A DNA stretch of 64,000 nucleotides from Tubulanus polymorphus (lineage: Eukaryota > Animalia > Nemertea), in NCBI RefSeq assembly GCF_964204645.1, contig NC_134035.1, positions 10,386,451 through 10,450,450 of the forward strand, given 5' to 3'. Under the pieces are notes generated by a model. The model saw nothing but the letters and a program-made list of their open reading frames with translations, was not told the origin of the DNA and ran no database searches. The translations under genes and the position numbers were made by a program. Of the stretch, positions 37,049 to 52,000 are shown piece after piece; position 1 is the first letter of the stretch; the number at the start of each line of letters is the position of its first letter.

Positions 37049-40000
37049 TCAAACGTCTTCGTACGAAGTTTTGTCTTTCTCCTCGTCGGGGGTTTTGATA
37101 GTGGGCGTTATTTCGATGACGCGCGGAGCTCCACCGCCGACCGCTGATACCGGGGGTAGAGGTGGTAGATGACTGTCCGACCTGTATCGATCAAATAACA
37201 ATAACTATATATCTAAAATCATGAACGCAACATTCATACAACATTTTTGAACAGGTCCTTACAGACATTCCTGAATATAAGGAGTTCTCATGGAATTTTA
37301 AAGGGAGAAAATATATCGGGGAATTAGTGTCTGCATCACTTTGCAATCTATTTTACACTTATCGCGTTTGTTTAGGAGACTGTCGACTCAATCAATTGCA
37401 TGTATTTGATTGGAAACTCAAATAGTTCAATTGACCCAGTGAACCGGTGTCTCTGTGGCTCGGTCAAATCTACCATAATATGGTGTCATCCGCAGATGAG
37501 ATAACTTCTAGTGTAGTATGTTAAACAACTTATCCAGCAGGGCAGCCACCTCCCCGGGCCCACTATTAACATAATCGTTTAGTTTTCCCTGTTAGAAAAC
37601 TAAATTCCTTGAATGAATAGCGTGGTCAGCAGCATATCCGAATTCCCCGAGTTTTCCCTGAAACGAACCTCACTAATATGAATCACACATCATACGTACC
37701 GTCGATTGTCTTTGAGCAGCGAATTCAGTTTGGGAAATCGTTTAGCGAAGTCTCCGTCCTGAGGTTTATCAGACTCGACCGGCGGCAGCTGATGTAGATT
37801 CATCTTGTGACTGCTCGCTCTGGCTATCAGTCGACCAACACTGCCGCGTTTAGCCAGCTATGAATAGAATATCGACGGAAATTTATAACTTAGATTCGAA
37901 ATATGATATTGATATTGATATCTATTTCCACCAGTTTCAATGAATATGAGTAAGGCCCTATTTTTCATTCACACTCCTACACAGGTAGGTAATGATGATT
38001 TTTTCCCAGGGACAAGCTAACAAGCTGGGCTGGTTTTCAACAATGACATACTATCAGAAACCAGGATCAACCATGGTATCTCGGTGGTCATTACCCAGGT
38101 TGAACATTCATCCCCCCAGGGATTCCTTTGATACCCGGTCGATAAAACCGAGCCCTGTATACGAAACTGACCCTTGCATCATATTGGACAGAAAAAGGAA
38201 CTTAATTGGAATATATAAAATATGAAACTTTTATCAAAATTCTTAGAGACTATTATACTATGGATGAAAATCAGTTATGATTGGTGATAGATCTAAAGCC
38301 AATCTCAAGTCGACTAAGATCCGATCAGATCGTCGGATCATAAACGGTCAAGTCTGCGATGTTTTTATCAGGAACTTTAAAAACATTAGTCATAACGACG
38401 ACTGTGACGAATTGATCGCAGACCTATCGTAAGCCGAATCGTCAGGATAGAACAAGTTCTATTTCCTATGAATGAACGTAGTCGACTCGACTGCACTTGA
38501 GATCATGAGACAAACGAATCAGCAATCAGTCATCATGTGTGTACTACCGCTGTTCTTATGACGATCTAGTCAGGTCTTAAGTCAAACTGACCCAGGCTTA
38601 AGGCTGTCGTCGTACAACCAGGCCTTCCCGCCGAGGAATGAAAAATGGCTATTACAATTTTGGACTCAGGTCAGGCGGGGAGAATGAAAGATACTTACAT
38701 CGTGCGAGCTAATACGATTAACAAGATCCAAACGAAGTTTAGAGGCGTGACGCAGACACAGCGAGCTCGCTTGCTTCGCGGCGAGGCCGGTTATCGACGA
38801 ACGCGCGTCGGACACCGGCACGAATCCGGTATCTTCGACCGGTACGACGAGAATCACGTTCTTCAAACCCGGTTCCTTCACCTGTGAAAATAACGAGACG
38901 TCGCGTTTCAATCTGATCGGAAAGCTGAAGCCAGAAATTGATTAATAATGATAAATGTTATCTAAATAGCGCGAGTATCCTGTAACAGTTCGAATGCACT
39001 CTCCTAGTAAGAGTATTGTCCGAATTGGGTCTGTCGATGTGTCCCCAACTCTTCAGGGAGTGGCCACTTTTATTTGACTTGCTTTCCCCCCTATTCCCTG
39101 ACATGTACGTTGTCATGCACTTAGAAGTAAATTAGAAATGTAATACTGATGAACTGAATCACACAGGATTCTAGCAGGTTTATTTTTGTATCAAATCACA
39201 ATCGTAAACTGGCGTTTGCCGCAGAGTAACTGACTTAAGTGTGCGAAGAAAGATTTCAAGTCGATCCGTGTTGGAACTGGCAGCCAGAATAGATTTAATG
39301 AGTTTCGATCTTTCCTTTTAGTAGGAAATCCGCAATTACAGACAGTACTGAAATAGGTACTTACAGTGAATATGAGTTTATTTGTCGTATTGTTGATATA
39401 ACACGGACCCTGGTAGAGATCTTTAGTGTACGCGTTGAAGGCATAACCTGTGGAATAAAATAATAACATGTCTATAATTACAAGCTATTGGATCATCAGC
39501 GGAAACAAAGGGGGAGGGGGTGTTCTGAACTTCTAGTTTTTCAAAGATTTGGTGTCGGTAATGCACGTGCTGTCTCTGAGAGCCGACAATCTCTGAACCC
39601 TGAAATCCAAGCTGCGCCCCTGTGAATCAAACTACAAAACTATGTAGCCCACATTTTCTTGTTACACATTTTTCAGTTTATATCATGCATTATCAATAAT
39701 GTACTAATGTAACAACCTAATGAAAAGTATCATACAAAACGCTATGCTACACTACATTTCCACAGATAGAAATTTAGGGCAGTTTATCATTGGCCACTTC
39801 GAGAGATGAGGTCATCCCCGACACCTCTTATTCTTAAATACCTTGTATGAGGATAACATCTTTCATGGATGGCTGAATTTCGAACGTCTTTTTACCATAG
39901 ATATCGGGCAGGTAAGAGATTTCCAGGTGTAGTTTAACCTTCTCCTGAGTCATACCCTGTAATGAATTAACATCGATTAGCACAGTATCAAAAGTTAAAA

Positions 40001-43000
40001 CCATTCACCGATGAAGCCTGCCACATGTTCTGATTTCGAAGTCAATGATTTAGGCAGTTATTTTCTCAGATATTTCAATCTACATGTCGAAGCTCATCGT
40101 TTGTTCCCAAGGATACATAAATTCAAAATTCCCAAATATTAATCTAACCAAAAATATATTGAAATTCCTAAGTTTTTCCCAATTTCCTGGCACTGTGGGA
40201 ACCATGTACCAAAATATGCTACAAAAATACAGTTAAACCTCGTTATAATGACTTAGGATATAATGATTGATCGGTTATTTCAAATCTAGAATTGCATACT
40301 GGATATAACAAACTTTTGGTTATATCAGTTTTTCTGGTCCCACGAAGTTTGTTGTAGTTATATAAAGATGTTTATTCCGAATATTAATATACATTATAAT
40401 ATAAATACCAGTACCAGGGTACAAGTACGTTATAGGCAAAAGGGTTATTAAGTTAAACATTTACAAGTAACAAATTCGGCGTAAACCAGACCTAAATTTA
40501 GAAATGTTACACGATGGTTTATATGAAATGGCTAACAGAGCAGGTACTGTACAAGTGTAGGTGTATAATGTTGGAATTGTTGGTAGTTACTAAGAATAAA
40601 TTTTGAAACATTTTTTAGCATTTGAGTGTTAGTACGAAGGTCGAAAAGGGAGATGTTGCCGTTAAGTAGGAAGTTTATCTTATTGGTTTCAGTGAGATTT
40701 GAGATGTGATCAGTTATTTAGTTATTTTGTTGTAGCAACAAGCTGTATGTATGTGAGGTAGTAGTTACCTGGTATTGCGGTTGCCTCATTAAGACCGTAG
40801 CAGCGATTCTGATCGCGCAAACTCTCCACAATCGATACTCGAGCGACGGTTCGTCTTGGAACGCTTGCAACGCTAGATTCATGTCGCCTTGAGACAAATA
40901 ATACGACTACAAATAGAAACATCGAGAGAGAACATGATGATCGATCTCCAGTATTTCAGAGCAAAACCCACAGTTAATTAATATAAGTTATCTTAGTTTC
41001 TCTGATGATAAAGTTTAGTAAAAACTTCGAAATGGTCAGAAAATAAACTGTTATATCATCAACTGTGGGTTTTGCTTGTTATCCCTGCCTAAGATAAAGC
41101 ATAACAAACAGTACTGAACATAACATACTGTCTGTCTAAGTAATTTACTTGACTTGGTTTACCGAGTCGACCAGTCCTGTGGTTTACCGAGTCGACCAGT
41201 CCCGTGGTTTACCAAGACGACCAGTCCCGTGGTTAACCGAGTCGACCAGTCCCGTGGTTTACTGAGTCGACCAGTTCCGTGGTTTACCAAGTTGACCAGT
41301 CCCGAGGTTTACTGAGTCGACCAGTCCCGCGGTTTCCCGAGTCGATCAGTACCGTGGTTTACCGAGTTGACCAGTCCCGTGGTTTACCGAGTTGACCAGT
41401 CCCATGGTTTACCGAGTCGACCAGTACCATGGTTTACTGAGTCGACCAGTCCCGTGGTTTACTGAGTTGACCAGTCCCGTGGTTTCCCGAGTCGACCAGT
41501 CCCGTGGTTTCCCGAGTCGACCAGTCCCGTGGTTTACCAAGCTGACCAGTTCCGTGGTTTACCGAGTCGACCAGTACCATGGTTTACTGAGTCGACCAGT
41601 CCCGTGGTTTACCGAGTCGACCAGTCCCGTGGTTTACTGAGTCGACCAGTCCCGTGGTTTACCGAGTCGACCAGTCCCGTGGTTTACCGAGTTGACCAGT
41701 TCCGTGGTTTCCCGAGTCGACCAGTACCGTGGTTTACCGAGTCGACCAGTACTGTAGTCTACAGTATTCTACAGCGGCTTATAACGAACAGACCATGAAT
41801 TTACCTGTACAGCTGTTTCACACATGACGTCAGCATTGCGCGGTTTATTCGTTATCAAACCCATTTCACCGATGATACTTCCTGTCGTCAGATAATCGAC
41901 AAACAAGTCTTCATCGAAATACGCATCATCGCCGATCATAGCTTCGACCTGTAATCAACAAACAGCTCTCAATCTCTATCTCTCGAATAACAGTGCCAAA
42001 TTCGGTTTTCGTATCTAGTCGACTGGTGGTCGGAACTAATAACCGAATGTGCTTGATTTCCAAACTATTTCTGGAATATAGTTCCGACTAACTGGCATCC
42101 GGTTTCACTTAGTTCGACTCTTGTCGACTAACTCAGATAACCGAAGTTGGCCCAGGTGCCGCCACTTTCTGCTTATGATTTACAGATCCACTTCAGACGA
42201 AAACTTACTCGCACGAGCCCGGATACAACGATATAAAGACCCTTCGGAGGATCGCCACGTTTCATGATCACGTCCTTGTAATCGAACGACACCAATTTGG
42301 CTTTTTGCTGAAAAATAGAAATCAACGATTACATTTTCGTATAGCGATCAATAAAATTAACAAAATCTTTGACAACAAATTTTTGGTGCCGTAATGAAAT
42401 TCTCATTGTCTTACAAATATATTTATAACATATGGAGCCAGTTGCTGAAAAGTTGGTTAGAGTTAACTACCGGTAGTAGATAGTGACAATTAAAACCTAA
42501 TTGTTACTATGGTATTTATCCACCGGTTATCTTTAACCAACTTTTGAGCAACTGACTCATGTTCGCTGATAGTTCCGACTAGGCCTTTATCCTAATAGTC
42601 ATCTTCCCGAAACATTATGAACTCTATTTTTCATTCTAAGACTGAGATGTTTGTATTGTTAAAGCGCTGACAGTGTGTTATTATCAAATTAGGGCGCTGT
42701 TTGAATGGTTAAAATTCACCTTCACAAATCCGAGTAGATGATAATCACCGGCGATCCACGGTATATTACGCATGATCCTCTCGGGAGACGGAGGTGGAAT
42801 ATACGCCGGCGCGCTCTGTTGGCGTTTCATCAACTCTTCGACCATCTATCAACGAACAAACATCATCAGATCACTCGTCATCGGCAGCACAATGTTTTAA
42901 TCGTTCGTGAACATCATTGTTCCCACCCTAACATGACTTCAAAAATTCTCAACTTTTTCTCAAGGATTTCATTGTAGAGGGGGAAATGTAACTTCCGAAA

Positions 43001-46000
43001 TAAGATATAATACTTTCAAAATAAGATTTTTACTGTTTTTGCTTCCTGATATGGTTTCTTAACTGTTCTGAACTCTTGGCCCAAAATCTATGGATGATTT
43101 TTCGATTTTCCCAAAATGGAAATGGAGCCTTTGTGAAAGTACCATCTACAGGAATGTCAACAATTCATCTGCAACTGGTGGTCATAATCAACGTGATTTT
43201 CAAGAAAAATTGCTGAAGATAGTTGCCCTTGGGCAAGCAATTGACATCCCATGAGGTGCTATGTGATGTGCCAAATAAATTTCCAATATTTCCCAGATAA
43301 GAGAACTTAAAAACTTGAATACTCAGTACCAGTACCTCAAAAAGAAACAACTGAAGAACTAGAAAGAGATGTAGAAGCCTACTATTTTTTCAAACTATTC
43401 AACATTTTCATGCAGGCCTACCTGTTCAAGTTTACTCGATTCCATGTCGTCTAATAAACCATCTCCTCTCAGTTCAGATATCGTATCTCTCAGATTATTT
43501 AACACTACTCTGATCGCGTGACGTGTTTTCACTGATACGGCTATACCTGGCATATCTCTCTGTATCAAACCTATACAAAACCAATACATATCATACCACT
43601 TGTAAACAATTTCCATAATACTCATGTCAAGAAACATTAACTTCTATGTCATAGAGAAATACTAAAATTCACCCAGTCACTCAGAAAGTGTTAACAAATT
43701 AAATTAAACTATCGCAGTCAAGTAAGTTCAACTATCTTAAAACAGTCCAGGTCAGTGGCCACCTCGTAGTCATATTCAACAGCAGCTTAATGAGTAAGAG
43801 CCCTACCATAAAAGTTATGAAATCTTTCAATACCATACGGCACGCAAAATAAAATAAAACGACAGAGTCGGAGAAAGAAATATTTTCAAATCAAAAACAA
43901 ACATAACATTTCATCATCTAGAACCCAAGCTCTAGTTTCATGGTAAAGTTCAAGCTAAAAACAATTAAGTTTTGAATTTCTGTCGACATTGAAATTATGA
44001 AGTAACCAATGGCAATTAAACATGAAATTTGAGACCCCGATTTTACGAACCTAATTCTTTGACGACTTCTAATCGTCCGCTTTCGATGATTCCGCACATT
44101 TTTTTCGCGATCTTCTTGTCGTCGATCATCTGATCGAGCAGTTTGCGCACCTCCTCCTCGCCGACGACGTAGCCCATACCGACGTCGTAGCCGAAACTGA
44201 GCTGTTTGTTGATTCGTCCGTTCAAAAACGCGATTATCGGTGGAATTACCGCCTGAATTGAATGATAATTGAAATTCAGTTATTTCACAATCTTTTACCA
44301 TATTAGGCCTACAAATGCCGAGGCCATTTTTTAGGGTGGTCACTTTTATGTGACTTGCTTTCTGCTAAACTTGCCCTGTCTATTCCCTGACATGCACACC
44401 TGTTTTGCTGACTTGATCAGCTAAGAATTTTTTTTCTTAATATTATTTGACAAAGAATAATAATATTTAAGGTTTGCTTGGGTACAATGTACAGCAAAAT
44501 GATAATTTTTAACAAAAAAAACTAAGAATCCAATCAATTAATAACCACTCCAAGCTTAGTAATGGGAGTGTCTCTAATCAAGAATACCATGAAACCTGGA
44601 ACAGCGCAGTTTTATAAGTATTCAATGAATTTGTATCTTATATATTGTCTGTTTTAAGCAGTTCTGGCAAAAAAAAACAATCTTTAACCCTATTAGGCCT
44701 ACAACTGCCGAGGCCATTTTATAAGGTGGTCACTTTTATGTGACTTGCTTTCTGCTAGACATGCCCTGTCTATTCCCTGACATGCACATTGGTTTTCCTG
44801 ACTTGATCAGCTAAGAATCCATTTTTTTTTCTTAATATATGTGACTTTATTTGACAAAGAATAATGATATTTAAGGTTTGCTTGGGTACAATGTACACCA
44901 ATAGCAACACCAAAATGATAATCTTTAACAAAAAAAAACTAAGAATCCAATCAATTAATAACCACTCCAAGCTTAGTAATGGGAGTGTCTCTAATCAAGA
45001 ATACCATGAAACCTGGAACAGCGCAGTTTTAGAAAGTATTCAATGAATTTGTATCTTATTTATTGTCTGTTTTAAGCAGTTCTGGGAAAAAAAAAACAGG
45101 ACGTGGGTACATCCGGTATCTTGTATGATACAACCAGTCATACACATTCGTCCCCCATGCTTTGATCATTAGAGGAAATTTGTCAAATCATCTTTTCTTA
45201 CTTTCCTTTTAAAACATAATGCTAAGGGTTCAACATTCTTTATCCACCACTATCTCCGACAATAAGATATGAATACAATGATTTTACCTTGAATAATCGT
45301 AAAGCCCTGGTGATTCGCAGCAATCGGAAAACCTTCGCGACTCGGGCGACTCTCACGATCTGCGTCGCGCTCAACTGGAACCCGAGCGAACTCTGCTCGA
45401 TCGACAAATCCAAAATGATGTCGACCAACGAAAATATGAGAATAACCAAATCGAGCTGATTCCAATGACTGGAGAAATAGTGCTTCCGAAAACCCAGAAT
45501 CTGTCAAACAATCACGAGAAACAAAAAACATTTAGAAATTCATAATTAATCATAAGCATTTCATATAAGGTGATTCATATTCTAGAAAATCAAGGTTTGA
45601 TAAACTATCACCCTAAAGATAGTTGATTCAATAAACCTAAGGGTCACCATACCATGCCAACTACATGTATGTAGTTCAGACCACTCTCATTTATCTAATT
45701 GTAAAAATTTTCAAAAAAACATTAGAGTACCAAAAAGGTAGTTTAATTGAAAATGAACTAGAAATGATTCCAATATCGAGATGATTTTGATTTTTTGCTT
45801 TTGTTTGGAGCCCTAGTAGAAACTACTCTCCCCCCCAATAGATACAACCTGATGATCTTTTTACCTTGATGATAGCTTCGATCAAGTAGATGATGAAATA
45901 GATATAATTGATGATTCTCAGCGACAGCATTATCTCCAAGTAGGTCGGGTCGGTTTTTTCGTACTGGTCTTCGACGGCCAATTCCAGCACGATCGGGATC

Positions 46001-49000
46001 AAATTCGTGAAGATCGCCACGTAAATGAAAACCTCGAACGCGATGCTGTTCGCCGCGAAGTACGGACCCATGAGACACTCGCGTTCCGGCGGCGGGATCT
46101 GCGAGTACGACGAACTTTTGATCCACGTCTCCAAACGGGAACGCTGCAACGAAACAACGATTTAAACAATACTACCGCTATAAACAGAACTTTGTTCTTC
46201 GGACAATTGTCTGAGAGATTGATGCTCCCTGCATCTTTTGATCTTAAAATAGGGATTGACCCTGTTATTTATTTGGTTGGTAAATTTCGTTTGAATTTTT
46301 TTTGATTGAGTGTCCCTTACAGACCCACCACACCTGCCGGGAGCAAAAACAGGAGCTCCCTGTCTTAGCCTCAATATTCAAATTGTCACTATTTTGCGAT
46401 GAACTTGTTATTATGTCATGTACTTGTTGTTTCCAACTAAGAAGACATCATCACTATCGCAAAGTTTCTTTACGGCCTATAATCAGTATCATTGTTTTTT
46501 GTTTTTTTCCGATGGATTTAACTAGACAATCCTCAACGATCTTACACTTAAGCGTTATTGCAACAACTTATTTTTTTCTGAAATTCAAGATTGTCGAAAC
46601 TGAACTCGGTTAGAAAATTCTGTGAATCTAAAATGACCTTCAGAGGAAATTTTAGATGAAATCTTTGTCTCTTATCGTTCTTCTCAATTTGCGTTATTAA
46701 ATTCGGCAGTCAACAGTTACCTCCTATTTTTTCTACTCAAATTTCAAAGTCTAACCCCCATGTTTCATTTCAAGTAGGATTGCTGGCTTTTTTTATTAGA
46801 AACGCGCTGAATATGAAGAATAGATTAAAATGTTGCTAATAGGAGGCCGGTTTTTGAAATGTCTTACCAGATAGGCGTATATACCACGTACTTCCCACGA
46901 TCTCTTCATCTCAGTCACATCCATGTATCTGGTAATAGTAGACAGTACGAAATTAACATCTTAATTATCATCAGTTAATATTCACAATGAATCCCGTTTT
47001 TAAGATTTAGAAATACATAATACGCGATCAACGTTCTCCACAACAGGTTTTAGAAGAGCGGCCACCCCTTTCATTTTCACATCCGCCCCTCTGAAAATCA
47101 GTCACACCTTATAAAATATCATCTGTCCCTAGATATCTCACACACACACACTTACCCTTTATCTTTGTCGACAGCTTCTTCAGTCATTTCGATAAGACGT
47201 CGTACCGCCTCACGAGACAACATTCCCTGCTCAAACTGTTTCCAGTAACTCGTCTAGAACAAATCGACAAAACATGTGTAAATTTTCCCCTAATTCATTG
47301 AAAAATGGGGTGATTTCATTTACGACTACCAGTACCAGTGCATAGTTTAATCGTTAGTGACACTAGTACAAAGGAATATCAAAGACATTAAGCAAATGAG
47401 AATGAAAACTGAGGAGACATAATTTTCAGAGGCTCCTGATGAAATTTCAATATAGCACCATGAAAGATGGCATTATCAGGTGCAGTTCGTGAGTATTTTC
47501 AGGCACAAGACAGAAAATACCACGCATCATTGTTTTGAAATGATTCTCCTTTTACATGATCAGATTGCCTAATTCGGAGAGAGAAGATTTTCTTACTCGT
47601 TGAGCTTTCAGTAATCTTATACGAGCCTCCTCTTCCATTTCCTGCCATTCTTTAGGAGACGGGTCATTCGGCACGCAGCCCTCGCAGTCGGGGCAGACGC
47701 TGACTCTCTTCAAATACGTCAAATTAGCCAACTCTGCCTGAAATACAAAACGTAAGCGATCAACAGACACGGCAACCAACTCTTATGTTTGTTAAATTAT
47801 TATCCTGATTGATAAATTAATTTCTGAAAGTGATCCGAAAACATCGAGCTGTCTTGACATAGAAAGGCAGAAGATAGACATAGAAAGGCAGAAGATAGAC
47901 ATAGAAAGGCAGAGGATAGACATCTGAAAGGCAGAAGATAGACATCTGACAGGCAGAAGATAGACATTTGACAGGCAGAAGATAGACAGAGAAAGGCAGA
48001 AGATAGACATAGAAAGGCAGAAGATAGACATAGAAAGGCAGAGGATAGACATCTGAAAGGCAGAAGATAGACATCTGACAGGCAGAAGATAGACATTTGA
48101 CAGGCAGAAGATAGACAGAGAAAGGCAGAAGATAGACATAGAAAGGCTGAAGATAGACATAGAAAGGCAGAAGATAGACAGAGAAAGGCAGGAGATAGAC
48201 AGAGAAAGGCAGAAGATAGACATCTGACAGGCAGAAGATAGACAGAGAAAGGCAGAAGATAGACATTTGGAAGGCAGAAGATAGACATAGAAAGGCAGAA
48301 GATAGACATTTGGAAGGCAGAAGATAGACATAGGAAGGCAGAAGATAGACATTTGAAAGGCAGAACATAGACGTAGCAAGGCAGAAAATAGAGAAAGGCA
48401 GGAGATAGAAAATTTCAATAAAACTTCAATCGACGCGTACCTCTTCGTTGTTAGTTTTATAGGGATCGACTATTGGCGTGTGTTTATCGACGAAATCCCA
48501 ATCAGAATCGGCGAGAAATCGATCGGTTTTCAGCATGCTCAACGTACGTTCTTTAGTCTGTTTCAGCGTACGTACCGCTCCACCCATAGCCATTCGTTTT
48601 GGCACCGAAATATCACTCATACCTAGCAACAGAAAGGATACTTGGTGTAGTGGTTGAACCTGAATTTTTTTGCCATTTGGCGCGATAGCTGGGCCAATTT
48701 CATTTCAGTTTTCCTGACTATTTCCTGCTGACATGTAAGTTGTTTTCCTCTAGGAATGTGAAATCTTTTATCTGCTCTGAATCCAATCGATTAATAGTCA
48801 AATACATGAGACAGTATCTGTTTGATTTTACGCACAATCTCAACTAATTTCCCTGACTTTTCCTTGATTTCCAGACTGTGGTTGTGATTGCTCTGCTGAT
48901 TTCAAAAAATAAGTTCAAGCTGCTTTGTCTTATGTTTAAGCATATAGCGTTCATCTTACCTAAGATTTTCAACAGCCACTTTGTGGTGGTGGCATTCAAC

Positions 49001-52000
49001 AGCAGGGACAGTAACACTATTCCAGCCGTATGCAACAACACCTGAAACAAATCACGAATGGTCAATGATCACAACCAGGACAGAATCAATGAAAATTTCT
49101 TAAAATTAAACATGGTATGTACATAAATTTTGAGCTCCACGGTATGTGGCATAAAAAGGGAATCAAAACATCTTGACAGACACTTTTCGTAAATTTTCCA
49201 GTCATTCATTTTCATGATTGTATCGCTGATTTTCCAAACTTTCACATTTTTTCCACAAATTTTTAAGCACTGTATTCATTTTTCACAATTTCTCATATCA
49301 ATCCGACCACCGAATGTACAAATAACGAAATGCTATCCAAATACTATTACCTTGTTTCCGATTCGATCGGGATCAATCTTCTGATTGCGTGCGACTAGCA
49401 GCGCTAACGCTAAACTGACCGCTCCGCGTAGACCACCCCACGTTAATACAACACCAGTTCGCCAGCTCATTCCATAACCAAGATTAGAGAGAATCGGACT
49501 GAACAACAGAATCATCAAACCCCTGAAAACAAACAACGTTAAATGTATTATTAGATAAGCAGTTCGATTTCTTGATTTCCGGAGTCGGTGTTCTCAATAC
49601 GCTATTATTATAGAGGGGCTGCATTTGTATAACACTGCAGATCACTAAAGGCCAAGCTTTTGAAAATTAAGCTTTATTTTTAATCTGCCATTTCCTCTCA
49701 CATTGACTCACTACGGTATAAAGCAATAATCATCGCTATAAGCAATGATCGAACATCGACAAATCTTGGAAGTGGCTCGAGCTATTTATGATTCGATGCA
49801 AAACTGAGAGGATAAGGGGTCCGGCTCCAGAAAATCAAAGTCATCTTTGATGGATAGTGAGGGTTAAGCTATTCTCTATGGATTGAGTTGAAAAGGCTTG
49901 CAGGGTTTATACATGGTCAGGATCCGCCACCATCGTTACGTCATACGGGGTACTTTTAATGTTTTGAAAGTGTAGGAAATCATCTCCATGAAAACCTTAA
50001 AATTGATCAAATTGCATAATGTCTTCTTTACCACTAACCAGGGTAACCACTTGCTTTTCCCCTGACTATTTCCTGACATGCACGTTCTTTTCCCGGACTG
50101 AATCTGCTAAGAATTCAATCTATTAACACAGTCAAATACGTACAAGCCATAGACGAAAACTGTTTGAATTTACGCGCGATCCAGTAATGTCTTCTTTACT
50201 TATCTTCGCTCGAACAAAAATATATCAAACAGAATAACGTGAGAGATACCTGATGACAGTAACGGCGCAGTATAGCGCGAGGATGTAGAATGCATCGATC
50301 GGCGTGAACGCCGTCAAACCTTGTTCGACGATTAACACTCCGACCAGTATGAAAATCAACGTATTCGCCAAATACGCCAACATCTGCCAGAACCTAACGA
50401 TACGAAAATATGACGCAACAATTCGTTGAAATGTCTAATGACGCATCAAAAATGAATTACGAAGAAAAGATTCCGATCGAACCTGTGCAAAAACGCTTCG
50501 ACTTCGGGACTGATACTGGTCTTATCGGCGCTCATTACAACCCCCAAAACAACTACGGCTAAAACTCCCGACACAAACAAGAAATTTTCACCTACAACAA
50601 AACGTATTTATGAAGTTTCGGAAGGTATTTACCGTTTATACATTGTAACTCCATCTGGAGACTATGAACTGGTGAATTAATGGACTAATGTTTGGATACA
50701 TTGTTGAATGTGTTTAAAAATCAAGTATTCCTAAGGATTTCACATTCCTAGGAGCCTGATTTCATAGAAAAGGTGTTTTGTTTAAAGACTGGCTTGCAAA
50801 TAAATCTGCACGTAACACCACTGACCATAATAAAAGCAAGAAACCATAGTACATAGACTGTGGCTGCCATGGAGTCAATTGCCTTGTTGATCCCACAAGA
50901 TTTGAGGCAAGCAGGGTCTTATTTACTGACAAATTCCTAAATTTTCCCAGAGGGATTAGTTTCACCTCCACTATGGGAGGGCTTTGAGGTTTGGGTTTAT
51001 AAACAGAGTATTGAATATGAGACTATTAACATACCCGTGTAGAATATAACATAAGTGACACTGAGAGTTACAGTGATTTCTGTAATTGCGTCGTTGAATA
51101 TTTTAGAAAGCCAAAACGTTGTCAGTTTTCCCATCACTAAACCGTACAATGGACCACCGAACGCGTACAGCATACTCCAACCAACCAGTTCCACTGAAAA
51201 TAAGAGAAACAAACTGTCAAAATAGTCGTATCACCTGAGTAAAACAAAGTAATCAGAATAGAAATATTTCTGCTTCAGTTCTGAATAAAAGTTTTCAGAG
51301 TCTAGCTAACTCTGACCCCTAGAACTGTGAACAAGGCTTAAATTCATCGACATATGCGATATACGTGTATAGTCAAAGTTTTTGTAATTTGGACCATCAT
51401 TATGGTGATGACTTCCAAATGTCGACTTTATGAATTGGAAATACAACCATCTGGCACTGGAAAATTATGACGAATTTGACTGTGCATCATAGGGCCAGAG
51501 ACTGACACAGAAACCATCAGTCGTTATAAATCGAAATTTTGTAGATCCTTCGAATCCAGGTGGCAGAGTTTCAGAATTATTTGAGAAAAAGGAACCGCGC
51601 ACCTGCTTATAATGCTATGAGTGGCGTGAGGGTTGAACGAAGTTCGCACAAGATCTAACATCAAGGTTTTACTTACAATCAGATGATTGCGGCGTTACTG
51701 CTGCTAAACTTGTCGACACATCTGTAGTTGACGTATTCACAGCTGTTGTATTCGCTTCAGAAGAGAGAACTCGAAATCAAATGCTACGTTTATATTGAAG
51801 AAATCATTATGAAATTCTGAGAACAAGATCACATATATATAGAATTGAATTACTTCCGGTCAAAGTTGACCCATCAACTCTGGAAATGGTCACTCCTTGA
51901 TGTAACTAAATCACGGTTACATCAGTAACATGAATTCAAGATTCCCTTTTTTCAGTTACATGAATTGGAAATTTCCCGCATCAGAAGAAACTGATCGAAG

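Noticed and set aside
47792-48418. Three long overlapping hydrophobic ORFs (likewise 41392-41798)
   Set aside because: Translations of stop-poor minisatellites inside SLC9C1 introns.
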